DNA of 64,000 nucleotides from Alphaproteobacteria bacterium (GTDB lineage Bacteria > Myxococcota_A > UBA796 > GCA-2862545). A program made the position numbers and the translations under genes. The stretch covers positions 1 to 64,000 of the forward strand of contig JACKEP010000023.1 in the NCBI GenBank assembly GCA_020632915.1, given 5' to 3'. The notes beneath the pieces are model-generated. The model had not been told where the DNA came from and ran no database searches. It worked only from the letters and a program-made list of their open reading frames with translations. Positions 23,001 to 29,822 of this stretch are shown here, piece by piece; the stretch's first letter is position 1; each line of letters starts with the position of its first letter.

Positions 23001-23486
23001 TCCGTGCGCGTGGCCACCCAGCACGCCGAGGTGGCCGAGGCGGCCGCAGGGGATCTGTCGCTGGCGCTCGACGCGGCCCGCGACGCCGTGGACGCCGTCA
23101 CCGAGGCGGTCGACGACGCGGACGCGGCGCGGCGCGCGGCGCCCACGGGTCCGGGGGATGCCGTGGCCCTGCGCCGCAGCGGCGCGCCGTCGCTGGCGCT
23201 GGATGCCGCGCTGGCCGCCCAGGCGTCGGGGGCCGACCTCCCCGACGTGGCGCGGGCCGCGCTCGCGTTGGGCGTGGCCCAGGCGTGGCTGGGGCTCGGC
23301 CACGCTGCGGCGGCACGGGACGCGGTGGCGCAGGCGCGGGCGCTGTCGGACGACGCCGAGGTCGGCGCCCTGGCCGACCGCATCGCCGCGTTGGCCGATC
23401 GCGCCACGCCCCCGGCCGGTGCGGTGGCTGCGTGGGCGCTGTCGAAGGACGCGCGGCGGCGGGCCCGGCGGGTGGTCGGGCCCTGA
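17004..23486 (+). CDS. giant (2,160 aa) NB-ARC-like STAND NTPase fused to an Ala-rich predicted helical/coiled-coil region
   Basis: GTG start. N-terminal motif succession: FIGRTDALDWL, glycine loop AAGVTGVGRT (P-loop-like with K replaced by R), LLVVIDGVD, LLTTST, DRLPLALRVVA. About 1,750 residues rich in A/E/D/R/V with no stop follow. C-terminal TPR-like ALALGVAQAWLGLGHAAAARDAVAQARAL. Strong GC3 codon bias in this frame. Confidence 0.75.
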   Translation: MTFVARGNGVPAPPAPFIGRTDALDWLTRHVRAGARVAVTAAGVTGVGRTALVQAFARDAQFDTALWWSTCLDGNRPHLALRRWAMRCGLPVDGVGTLPGLLQAVALGLPDAGTLLVVIDGVDTGDVDAVLEVLSALPEDAAVLLTTSTAAVAEALDARTLVLAPMHDDDARALLEAVADERMPPMVVHTVLEAADRLPLALRVVACRMRGTDPDEATGIWGLPPAPGAVARLGGNLALARATLLVLDRASDATARVFRALGVLTHGPIQPARVASLLEISEASAFDHLHQLVELGLVVGAGGVGRWQVHTAHLEHARNLLAVEDELDALYLARVAEAVESEGAPSAGFGPLDLLDTFERAIRRGDVDHLVALAMHAAPAVSGWCHEAAQELVAAAMAAAEAASHPEVDEIAAQMMQLDAVAAVAVATLEVAPLRDDAVSPSTDTADDAEWVDIVELSGGVGDDARAAVEVVDLDLDDDPSKVEPVVAVEPIERVPAEVSGAVPVVEVEELDAPDELSLVDEASVDDVSSLPLEPLDNEITTLDDDEVATQAISTAAIEAAMAAARGRPRPTPAPAPAPAPVEPHEAFLREHGLSLVWPVDALDAPSGSPEQDGPTQIFDIGRMMAFVRGAQSEQARDAAVDRARVAAEAATALHARAVELVQGIVAAEPTSDSWRDARARLLGSARKLAEHVRSARAAASAATDAPEAASARRASERAERAHEAAIRAMAVVERAWTDAEDARVEAVESRARAVAAVHRARSDAALARQGVEEAERRVQAGKDTAGPSVAEAFDEVDAALGRARAAAEEAGVLASQVDAGDIDPEIGAAEVARLRTAADDASAQAVERLSRSARNVRAEQRRQTVLEEAREQAERVDRDAAWIASLGVEIEGLLRDRDDVEAKDLRGRLRELVGNVERHRVRAAEAVEELQIAAERGWRELLDHVAAAGRATTDGLQEAERLRADVDAWAALEVEASEDVVLAGLQAEAATALAGLEATAAVAWRAASRAHQAAAHHEGGLVDAIGALKEGELRLRTAVEQARQGLRQVIDAPELAVARARWTEAGVWIEDAEDASAESRALAEALLEAADARRRAHVDEQVAQGEIIAARIDAVIQSARSAAAEVRELAEDFPDEPTEALGTLAAIEARVEDTGAAVHDGVQRLRRARDGDLAERLVAAISEAAELVSGQLAEIEQVQLQMRSLHEVRFDPGYRRQQAEDVLDEARAAIAAARAEVDAVRTDAGPAIEVVATALGESVSELDGASALLDAAPDLGDAAGGWDAAFEELVARADAVTRLTERVRQATLSARSLLAMVQQRRKDEVADARARAAAPWDEAIAEARAVIGQLVDPPDVDDAWPVPVGRIHLAWQQAIDGVHGALVALETLAARVEDGDDGAALLPRVAALRAQVEAEADRARRRADDLTASVAAWHEHRRARAVVDDARVAVADEAATLVDPGVKLSSLDDADDAPAPATVPEPVVAPVPATALATEVPDVDMADDATVIEPMEVELSADPVTSGVSFEEVDVEVLDATAIAAAPTASDALRAGLQDAALRAALSADEVASLARDAAMEVAEAGVDDVAQVAALEALATHTRSLADGVEAQVASPSDAVPAAEQLAAAEAACDAAEAALLDARELHAQASEAVASASTLRLQGHRRAARACLDEANQALAVVRDRHDAAVREAASADDPAALAADVDALAALRADAEAHAAQVREAVERCQGDDEQVAHDAALDAAAAVASMLRAPDEAGRLLDAVQAVARAQLTARLDDARGRADVAGDQAEAARQAASEALAWVRTLRTELGERAPEAAVAVERASHTVADAADVTTAHVATVRQSGSATQALASAEHAVRSASGLAGVLASMDAARRMAEAAAAPIREAVAREQAAERARRGNAVTQVQAAIDAVRVGREVADGLVAPQARATGLLEEIDGVVEALADWRRDVRGVAAGWRAPSVRAAVVDAQAAIDAAWALHAQVVAAVHAATRATSVRVATQHAEVAEAAAGDLSLALDAARDAVDAVTEAVDDADAARRAAPTGPGDAVALRRSGAPSLALDAALAAQASGADLPDVARAALALGVAQAWLGLGHAAAARDAVAQARALSDDAEVGALADRIAALADRATPPAGAVAAWALSKDARRRARRVVGP

Positions 23487-23518
23487 CCGGCCGACGGCGC
23501 GCCCGCCCCGGTGCGTCG

Positions 23519-24727
23519 TCAGGCCTCGTCGAGCAGGCGGACGGCCACGCCCTCGCGCAGCTTGGGCTCGAACCACGTCGACTTGGGCGGCATCACCTTG
23601 CCGGCGTCGGCCACGTCGAAGAGCTGGTCGAGACCGGTGGGGAACAGGTGGAACGCCACCGCCGCCCCGGCGTCGACGGCCTTGACGAGCGCCTGGGGCC
23701 CGCGGATGCCACCGACGAACGTGATGCGCTCGGAGCGCCGCGGATCGTCGATGCCGAGGATCGGGGCGAGCAGGTGGTCCTGCAGCACGCTGGCGTCGAG
23801 CGTGGCCACCGGGTCGTCGGTGGTGACCAGGCCCGGCCGCGCCGTCAGCGTGTACCAGCGACCGGCCAGGTACATCGAGAAGTCGCCGCGCCGCGTGGGG
23901 ACGGGCCGCCCCGCGGTGAGCGTGAACCGCGCCGCGACCTGCGCGAGGAAGTCGTCGACGGTGTGGCCGTCGAGGTCGTGGACCACGCGGTTGTAGGCCA
24001 TCACCTGCAGGGCGTCGTCGGGGAACAGCCCGGCGAGGAACCAGGCGGACGGCGCGTCGCGGCGGTGGGCGTGGACGCGGCTCGCGGCGGCGGAGCGGTG
24101 GTGGCCGTCGGCGATGTAGAGCGCCGGCAGCTCGGCGAAGGCGTCACGGATGCTGTCGACGTCGTCGAGCGGCACCGGCCAGAGCGCGTGCTCCACGCCG
24201 TCCTCGGTGGTGACGCGCCACGCGGGGGCCGCCTGCGTGAGCCGGGCGACGATCGCGGCCAGACCGGCGTGGGCGCGGTGGGCCAGGAACACGAGGCCGA
24301 CCTGGGCGTCGAGCACCTCCATGTGGTGGGTGCGGTCGTCCTCCTTGTCGGGGCGCGTGAACTCGTGCTTCTTGATCGTGCCGTCGTCGTAGGCGCCCAC
24401 CGAGCACGCGGCGAGCACGCCGACCTGACGGTGCGCGCCCATCACCTGACCGTAGAGCAGGTAGGTGGGGGCGTCGTCGCGCACGAGCACGCCGTCGGAC
24501 ACGAGCTGGTCGAGGTTGACGCGCGCGCGGTCGTAGGCCGCCTGGCCGTGGGGGTCGGCGCCGTCGGGCAGATCGACCTCCGAGCGCGTGACGTGCACGA
24601 AGTTGCGGGGGTTCGTGGCGAGCGCGCGCGCCTCGTCGAGCGTGAGCACGTCGTACGGCGGGGCGATCACGTCGCCGGCGAGGTCGTCGCGAGGGCGCAG
24701 GGCGCGGAAGGGGCGGACGTCGGCCAT
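23519..24727 (-). CDS. DUF1015 family protein
   Basis: DUF1015-like length and motifs (RPFRALRP...APPYDVL...YIADGHHR...). ATG at 24727. Confidence 0.7.
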   Translation of the reverse strand: MADVRPFRALRPRDDLAGDVIAPPYDVLTLDEARALATNPRNFVHVTRSEVDLPDGADPHGQAAYDRARVNLDQLVSDGVLVRDDAPTYLLYGQVMGAHRQVGVLAACSVGAYDDGTIKKHEFTRPDKEDDRTHHMEVLDAQVGLVFLAHRAHAGLAAIVARLTQAAPAWRVTTEDGVEHALWPVPLDDVDSIRDAFAELPALYIADGHHRSAAASRVHAHRRDAPSAWFLAGLFPDDALQVMAYNRVVHDLDGHTVDDFLAQVAARFTLTAGRPVPTRRGDFSMYLAGRWYTLTARPGLVTTDDPVATLDASVLQDHLLAPILGIDDPRRSERITFVGGIRGPQALVKAVDAGAAVAFHLFPTGLDQLFDVADAGKVMPPKSTWFEPKLREGVAVRLLDEA

Positions 24728-24870
24728 GGGGGCTCCGGGGCGGCGGGAGCCCCTCCTATCCCTGTCGGCGCGCGCATCACGTCCCACCAACCAGATGCGC
24801 CCGGGCTGCATCTGCGGTAAGGATTGCCCGTTCGACCCAGGTGTCCGGAAACGAGCGAGGGGGCGCGCTG

Positions 24871-27726
24871 ATGGCGGCGTTTGATCTGCGCAACAACGAG
24901 CAGTCGGGGCAGCAGCTCCGAGGTCTGTCCGGTGGCTCCGTCCGCTGGGTCTACCTGGACGACGCGAACAGTTTCTACAACTTCCGCCTGCGCGAGCACT
25001 ACACCGACGACGACCTCGCCGAGCAGCCCGAGCGGCTGTGGCAGGCCAGCGATCACCCCGACGCCGAGGGCCTGCGCAGCCACATCGCCGACGCGCTCAC
25101 CGCCGGCGAGCGATTCAGCGACATCCTGCTGATCCTGTCGGCCGACGACTACGACAACCTCTCCGACGACGATCCCGCCTTCAAGGATCGCATCGTCGAG
25201 GTGCTGCGCGCCCGCTACGCCGAGTTCCTCGCCAAGAGCGCCGTCACCGCCAGCACGCGCCCGCTCGGCGTGTGGATCGTGCGCGACGGCAGCGACGAGG
25301 TCGGCGGCATGGACCGGTCCCTGCTCGAGGGCCAGTTCATCACCGGCGTGCTGCCCAACCTCTACCGCGGTCGCGGCCCCCACAGCCGGCCGATCATCGG
25401 GCTGCACGTCAACATCCCCGGCTACTGGGAGGGCTACCGCGAGGTCGGTCAGCTCCACGACGACCAGACGCTGTTCACGCTGGGCAACAGCTGGCTCGAC
25501 AACTTCAGCCATCCCAACCTGCGCGAGGCGGCGCTCTACGGCCTGCAGCGCGACGACGACGGCGCGTTCTTCCACATCATCAACCCCGACCTCGGCGACC
25601 GCTACCAGATCACCACCACGGATCAGGGCGGGGTCTCGGTGATCACGCTCGCCACGCGCGACGGCGTGCCGCTCGCCTACATCGTGCTCGCCGTCATCGA
25701 GCAGACCGAGGAGGAGGCGCTCGCCGGCCTGGGCGGTGAGCCCGTGCCCGCGCCCGAGCCCATCCACCGGCCCAAGCCGCTGGGCGATCACACGCCCCTG
25801 GCCCTCGACGCCTCCGAGGCGCCCGCGCTGGAGCCGGCCGCGCTGCCGCCGAGCGTCACCAGCCGCGGCCCCGGCAGCAAGACCATCATCCCCGAGGCCC
25901 AGAACGAGCGCATCTTCACCCTGCAGGAGCGCGGCGCCCTGCTCCAGAAGGTGCACTTCAGCGCGTTCATGCTCGGCTACGACGTCTACCTCGGCCTGCG
26001 CGGCGAGCTGGGCACGGTGGTCGACCAGCCGGCCGCCACGTTCCAGGTCCGCAAGCGCACCGTGTCGCTGCTCGCCAACGCCGACAACGTGGTGATGGAC
26101 GGCGAGCCGATCCCGCAGGGCGAGTCGCGCCTGATCGAGGGCGACGCCGTCATCCAGGTGGGCAACCAGCGCCTGGAGTACCGCGAGCTCCGCCACATCG
26201 AGCTCGAGGGCTGGCCCTACGTGGGCGAGATCCGTCGTCCGCCGTCGTCCACCTACATGCTGTGGGGACGGGAGTACACGATCGGCCGGTCGCGCGACTG
26301 CCGCGTGGTGCTGCCCGACGAGCCCCGCAACGACAACATCGTGTGGAAGCCCAAGGTCGGCGACGGCGCCACGATCAAGTCCAAGACGGGCGAGATCCCC
26401 AAGTCGCGCTTCTACACCGACTCGATCATGGTGGCGTCGGAGCACGCCGCGATCGAGCTCCTCGGCGACGTGCCCGAGCTGTCGTGCCACGCGCGCCACT
26501 GCTACACGTTCGTCCGTCGCCAGGGCGAGGTGCTGTCGCTGTTCCCCACCACCGAGGGCGACGCCGCCCACAAGGTGCCGCTGGTGTCGGGCGACGAGGT
26601 GCTCGTCGGCAACTGCGTGTTCCACATCTCGTTCGCTGCCGGCGACGACCTCGGTGCGGTGGCGCCTGCGCCCGCGCCCCGCGTGTCCAGCAACTCGCTG
26701 GTCGACGCCGTCTCCGCCCCCGAGCACACGCAGCCGCCGCCCGAGGCCCACGAGCCCGAGCCCATGCTGCCGCCGCCCGCGCCGGTCGAGCCGGAGCCCG
26801 CGCTCGGCAACCTGCCCGAGCTGTCGATGGACGAGCCGGTGGCGCCGCCGCGCATCGAGCCGGCCGCCGAGGCCGCCCTCGCCGCCGCGCAGCGCTCGTG
26901 GCCCGAGGCGATGGACGACGCCATGGCCGACGCGTCCGACTCGCCGCCGCCGGTGCGTCCGCCCCGCGCCCCCGCCCCGCCGCCGCCCTCGGCGCCGTCG
27001 GCGTCGATCGACATGCCTGCGCCTCCCGCGCCGGGTGGCGTGGTGGTCGTCGACGATCAGGACGCCCAGTTCGAGCTCGGTCGTCCCGCGCGCTTGGTGC
27101 AGGTGGGCTGGGCGGTCAACGGCTCGGTCACCTGCGGCAACCACGCCGGCGCGGATCTCGTGCTGCCCGAGAACCGCATCGAGGCCGACCAGCAGTTCGA
27201 GCCCACCGACTACTTCGCGCTCCGCATCCGGGGCCGTCGCGGCAAGCTCGAGGACGTGTCCAGCACCGAGGTGCGCGTCAACGGCGCGCCGTCCCAGCCG
27301 TCGTACGACAGCGTCGACGGGCTCGTGATCTCGGTCATCCGGCGCGACGACGAGGGCGAGGAGGACTTCACCGTCGACCTCACCGTCACCGAGGATCCGG
27401 CGCTGCCCGACCCCCGCGCCCGCCTCGTGAGCATCGACACCGACGAGCCGCTGGCCGTCGCGCTGATCACGCGCGGCTTCCCGGTGCGCGCGCCGCGCCT
27501 GCTCGAGCTCAACGGTCTGCAGGTCACCGGCACGTTCGACGGCACGCGGTTGCTGCTGTCGGAGTACCTGGCCGGCTACCGCACGGCGTCGGGATTCCGC
27601 GCGTTCTTCGTGCAGACCGACGGAGGCCGGTTCGTCACCGCCCCCGAGGACGGCTCGCCGCTGGAGCTGTCGCCGGGCGATCGGATCGTCATCGACGGTG
27701 CCGTGTTCCGCTTCGACGTGACATGA
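24871..27726 (+). CDS. large multi-domain protein with two FHA-like domains and Pro-rich linkers
   Basis: FHA-like cores YTIGRSRDCRVVLPDEPRNDNIVW...ASEHAAIELLGD and ELGRPARLVQVGWAVNGSVTCGNHAGADLVLPE. The N-terminal ~300-aa domain is unrecognised. Linker PAPAPRVSS...PPPAPVEPEPA. ATG at 24871 (the track ORF begins at 24841). Confidence 0.7.
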   Translation: MAAFDLRNNEQSGQQLRGLSGGSVRWVYLDDANSFYNFRLREHYTDDDLAEQPERLWQASDHPDAEGLRSHIADALTAGERFSDILLILSADDYDNLSDDDPAFKDRIVEVLRARYAEFLAKSAVTASTRPLGVWIVRDGSDEVGGMDRSLLEGQFITGVLPNLYRGRGPHSRPIIGLHVNIPGYWEGYREVGQLHDDQTLFTLGNSWLDNFSHPNLREAALYGLQRDDDGAFFHIINPDLGDRYQITTTDQGGVSVITLATRDGVPLAYIVLAVIEQTEEEALAGLGGEPVPAPEPIHRPKPLGDHTPLALDASEAPALEPAALPPSVTSRGPGSKTIIPEAQNERIFTLQERGALLQKVHFSAFMLGYDVYLGLRGELGTVVDQPAATFQVRKRTVSLLANADNVVMDGEPIPQGESRLIEGDAVIQVGNQRLEYRELRHIELEGWPYVGEIRRPPSSTYMLWGREYTIGRSRDCRVVLPDEPRNDNIVWKPKVGDGATIKSKTGEIPKSRFYTDSIMVASEHAAIELLGDVPELSCHARHCYTFVRRQGEVLSLFPTTEGDAAHKVPLVSGDEVLVGNCVFHISFAAGDDLGAVAPAPAPRVSSNSLVDAVSAPEHTQPPPEAHEPEPMLPPPAPVEPEPALGNLPELSMDEPVAPPRIEPAAEAALAAAQRSWPEAMDDAMADASDSPPPVRPPRAPAPPPPSAPSASIDMPAPPAPGGVVVVDDQDAQFELGRPARLVQVGWAVNGSVTCGNHAGADLVLPENRIEADQQFEPTDYFALRIRGRRGKLEDVSSTEVRVNGAPSQPSYDSVDGLVISVIRRDDEGEEDFTVDLTVTEDPALPDPRARLVSIDTDEPLAVALITRGFPVRAPRLLELNGLQVTGTFDGTRLLLSEYLAGYRTASGFRAFFVQTDGGRFVTAPEDGSPLELSPGDRIVIDGAVFRFDVT

Positions 27727-27751
27727 TGCGGGGGCCCTGGGAGCCCCCCAC

Positions 27752-28642
27752 ATGAAGCCTCGCGTCGGGATCGTCTGCACCACCACGCGCGACGTCCACG
27801 TCGGACGACGTGTGCGTCTTGCCGACAACTACCTCGTCTGCGAGGAGGGGCGCGCGTCGTGGCTCGAGGGCGAGGAGGAGCGGTCCCAGCGGATGGAGGG
27901 CTCGGGCGTGCTGCTCGCGGTGGCCGACGGGGAGGGCGACGACCTCGCCTCGGCGCGCACGGCGTCGGAGTCGTTCTGCCGGGCGCTGTCCAAGCGCTGG
28001 GCGGGTCCGCCGCCGCGCGAGCCAACGATCGCGCTCATCGACTTCCTCAACGGCGCCCACACGCGCATGTACTGGAAGTCGCGCGACCGCGACACGCAGA
28101 TGGGCGCGTCGTGCGCTGTGGCCTGGCTGCTCGCCGACCGGCTGCACTGGGTCGAGGTGGGCACGTGCCGGGTGTTCCTGCTGCGCGACGGCCACCTGCG
28201 GCGGCTCGGGGTGTCGTGGCCGCCGGGCGAGACCCAGCGGTTCCTGTCCGGCTCCCACGGCCTGGGCGACGACACCGCGCTGCACCTGGTGCTCGGTCGC
28301 AACGCCGGCGTGGAGCGCATCCAGGCCGGTGACCAGGTGATCGTGGCCACCGACGGCTACTGGCAGGCGGTCGACGCCGCCTCTACGGCCCACCTGCTCG
28401 GCCACGTCGACGACGCCCAGACGGCCGCCGTCACGATGATGGAGCGGGCCCTGTCCCGTGGCGCCAACGACAGCGTCACCGTGGCGCTCGCCGACCTGCG
28501 GGCCGCGGGCGCCAAGGCTGCGTCGTTGCCGAAGGTCGCGGGCGTCGACGCCCCCGAACCGAAGCGGGCCGCGCCGGTGCGCACCGACGAGCCGCCGGTC
28601 CGTCCACGCAAGAAGCTGCGCGAGGCCACCACCGAGCCGTGA
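27752..28642 (+). CDS. PP2C-family (PPM) serine/threonine phosphatase
   Basis: PPM motifs GVLLAVADGEG, ASCAVAWLLADRLHWVEVGTCRVFLLRDGHLRRL and GDQVIVATDGYWQAV. Sits immediately downstream of the FHA protein. Confidence 0.75.
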   Translation: MKPRVGIVCTTTRDVHVGRRVRLADNYLVCEEGRASWLEGEEERSQRMEGSGVLLAVADGEGDDLASARTASESFCRALSKRWAGPPPREPTIALIDFLNGAHTRMYWKSRDRDTQMGASCAVAWLLADRLHWVEVGTCRVFLLRDGHLRRLGVSWPPGETQRFLSGSHGLGDDTALHLVLGRNAGVERIQAGDQVIVATDGYWQAVDAASTAHLLGHVDDAQTAAVTMMERALSRGANDSVTVALADLRAAGAKAASLPKVAGVDAPEPKRAAPVRTDEPPVRPRKKLREATTEP

Positions 28643-28673
28643 GCGGCGCGGGGAGCCTCCGGTGGGCGCGGGT

Positions 28674-29195
28674 CTAGGTGCCCTGCAGGAACCGGTCGAT
28701 CGGCAGCACGCAGAAGCCGCGGGCCGCGGCGTCGCGCCACTGGATGGCGAAGACCTCGAGCGCCGGGCGGTTGAGCGCGCGGTCGATCGTGCGACCGCAC
28801 CCGTCGCAGGTGCCCTGGACCTTCTTGTCGAAGTGGGGGCAGACCGCGGCGTCGCCGACGCGCGCAGCGCCGCCGGCCGCGTCCTCGTCGATCGGGCGGC
28901 ACAGGCGACCGGCGTCGACCTCGAAGACCGTGACCACCCAGGTGCGCACGGGGTCGCGGCTGGAGCGACGGCGACCGAGGCGCTGGAGGAGCCGGGCGGC
29001 GTCGGCCTGCTCGGCCTCGATCCAGGCCCGCAGCGCGCGTGTGGGGACGACGGTGAGCCAGCCCGTGCCGAGCACGCGCTGGCTGGCGGGGGCGACCCAG
29101 GCGACGCTGGTGCTGCCGCGTCCGGGCGACGACAGGTCGCCGCACGAAGGCGCGGCGAGGGCCGTGGACGCGGCGAGCAGCAGACCGGCGATCAC
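28674..29195 (-). CDS. small secreted Cys-containing protein (hypothetical)
   Basis: GTG start overlaps the upstream gene stop (GTGA). Signal MIAGLLLAASTALAAPSCG. Cys pattern CPHFDKKVQGTCDGCGRT. Confidence 0.5.
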   Translation of the reverse strand: MIAGLLLAASTALAAPSCGDLSSPGRGSTSVAWVAPASQRVLGTGWLTVVPTRALRAWIEAEQADAARLLQRLGRRRSSRDPVRTWVVTVFEVDAGRLCRPIDEDAAGGAARVGDAAVCPHFDKKVQGTCDGCGRTIDRALNRPALEVFAIQWRDAAARGFCVLPIDRFLQGT

Positions 29196-29668
29196 CGGGT
29201 GAGCTTGACCTTCTGGTCGACCGAGTAGGTGCCGGGCTCGCCGCCGAGCTCGTACATCACGGTGCCGACGACGGTGACCATCTCACCCTCGGGCAGCTTG
29301 GCGTGCATGCACTCGCTGGTGAGGGCGAACTCGAGCACCATCTTCGACGTCTTGGCGGCCTCGTCGCTGCGCGCGATGCACACGCGGCCGTCGGGGCCCT
29401 TGACGCCCACGTCCCACGACTTGACCAGCAGGCTCTTGCCCTCGACGTTGGCCGTGAGCGTGACCGGGATGGTGAGCGTGCCCTTCGAGTCGGCCATGTG
29501 GCCGCCGGCGTAGGTGGCGTCGCCGATCGCCCACTCGAGGTCGGGCTTGGGGGCCGGCGGCGGCGGGGCCGGCGCGGGCTCTTCCGCCGGCGCCTCGACC
29601 GGAGCGGACTTCTTGCAGGCGGTGGCCAGGGGGGCCAGGACGAGCAGGGCGATCAGCGCATGACGCAT
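29192..29668 (-). CDS. small lipoprotein (hypothetical)
   Basis: MRHALIALLVLAPLATACKK lipobox, Pro/Ala linker, and a ~110-aa domain. Start coordinate is taken from frame arithmetic and may be off by one nucleotide. Confidence 0.55.
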   Translation of the reverse strand: MRHALIALLVLAPLATACKKSAPVEAPAEEPAPAPPPPAPKPDLEWAIGDATYAGGHMADSKGTLTIPVTLTANVEGKSLLVKSWDVGVKGPDGRVCIARSDEAAKTSKMVLEFALTSECMHAKLPEGEMVTVVGTVMYELGGEPGTYSVDQKVKLTR

Positions 29669-29822
29669 GGTGTCTCCTCGGTGGGAACCGTGCGAAGCGT
29701 TAGCCGGTCGCGGTATTCTCGACCACTGGCGCGCGGGATCGCCTTCAGCGACGTCAGCGTGGCGCAAGACCCGCCGGCGCCGATCGCTGGCGGGTGCACC
29801 CGGGTTCCGACGGTACCGAGGC

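Noticed and set aside
24667-27828. 1,053-aa minus-strand ORF
   Set aside because: It is antisense to the multi-FHA gene. It is low complexity.
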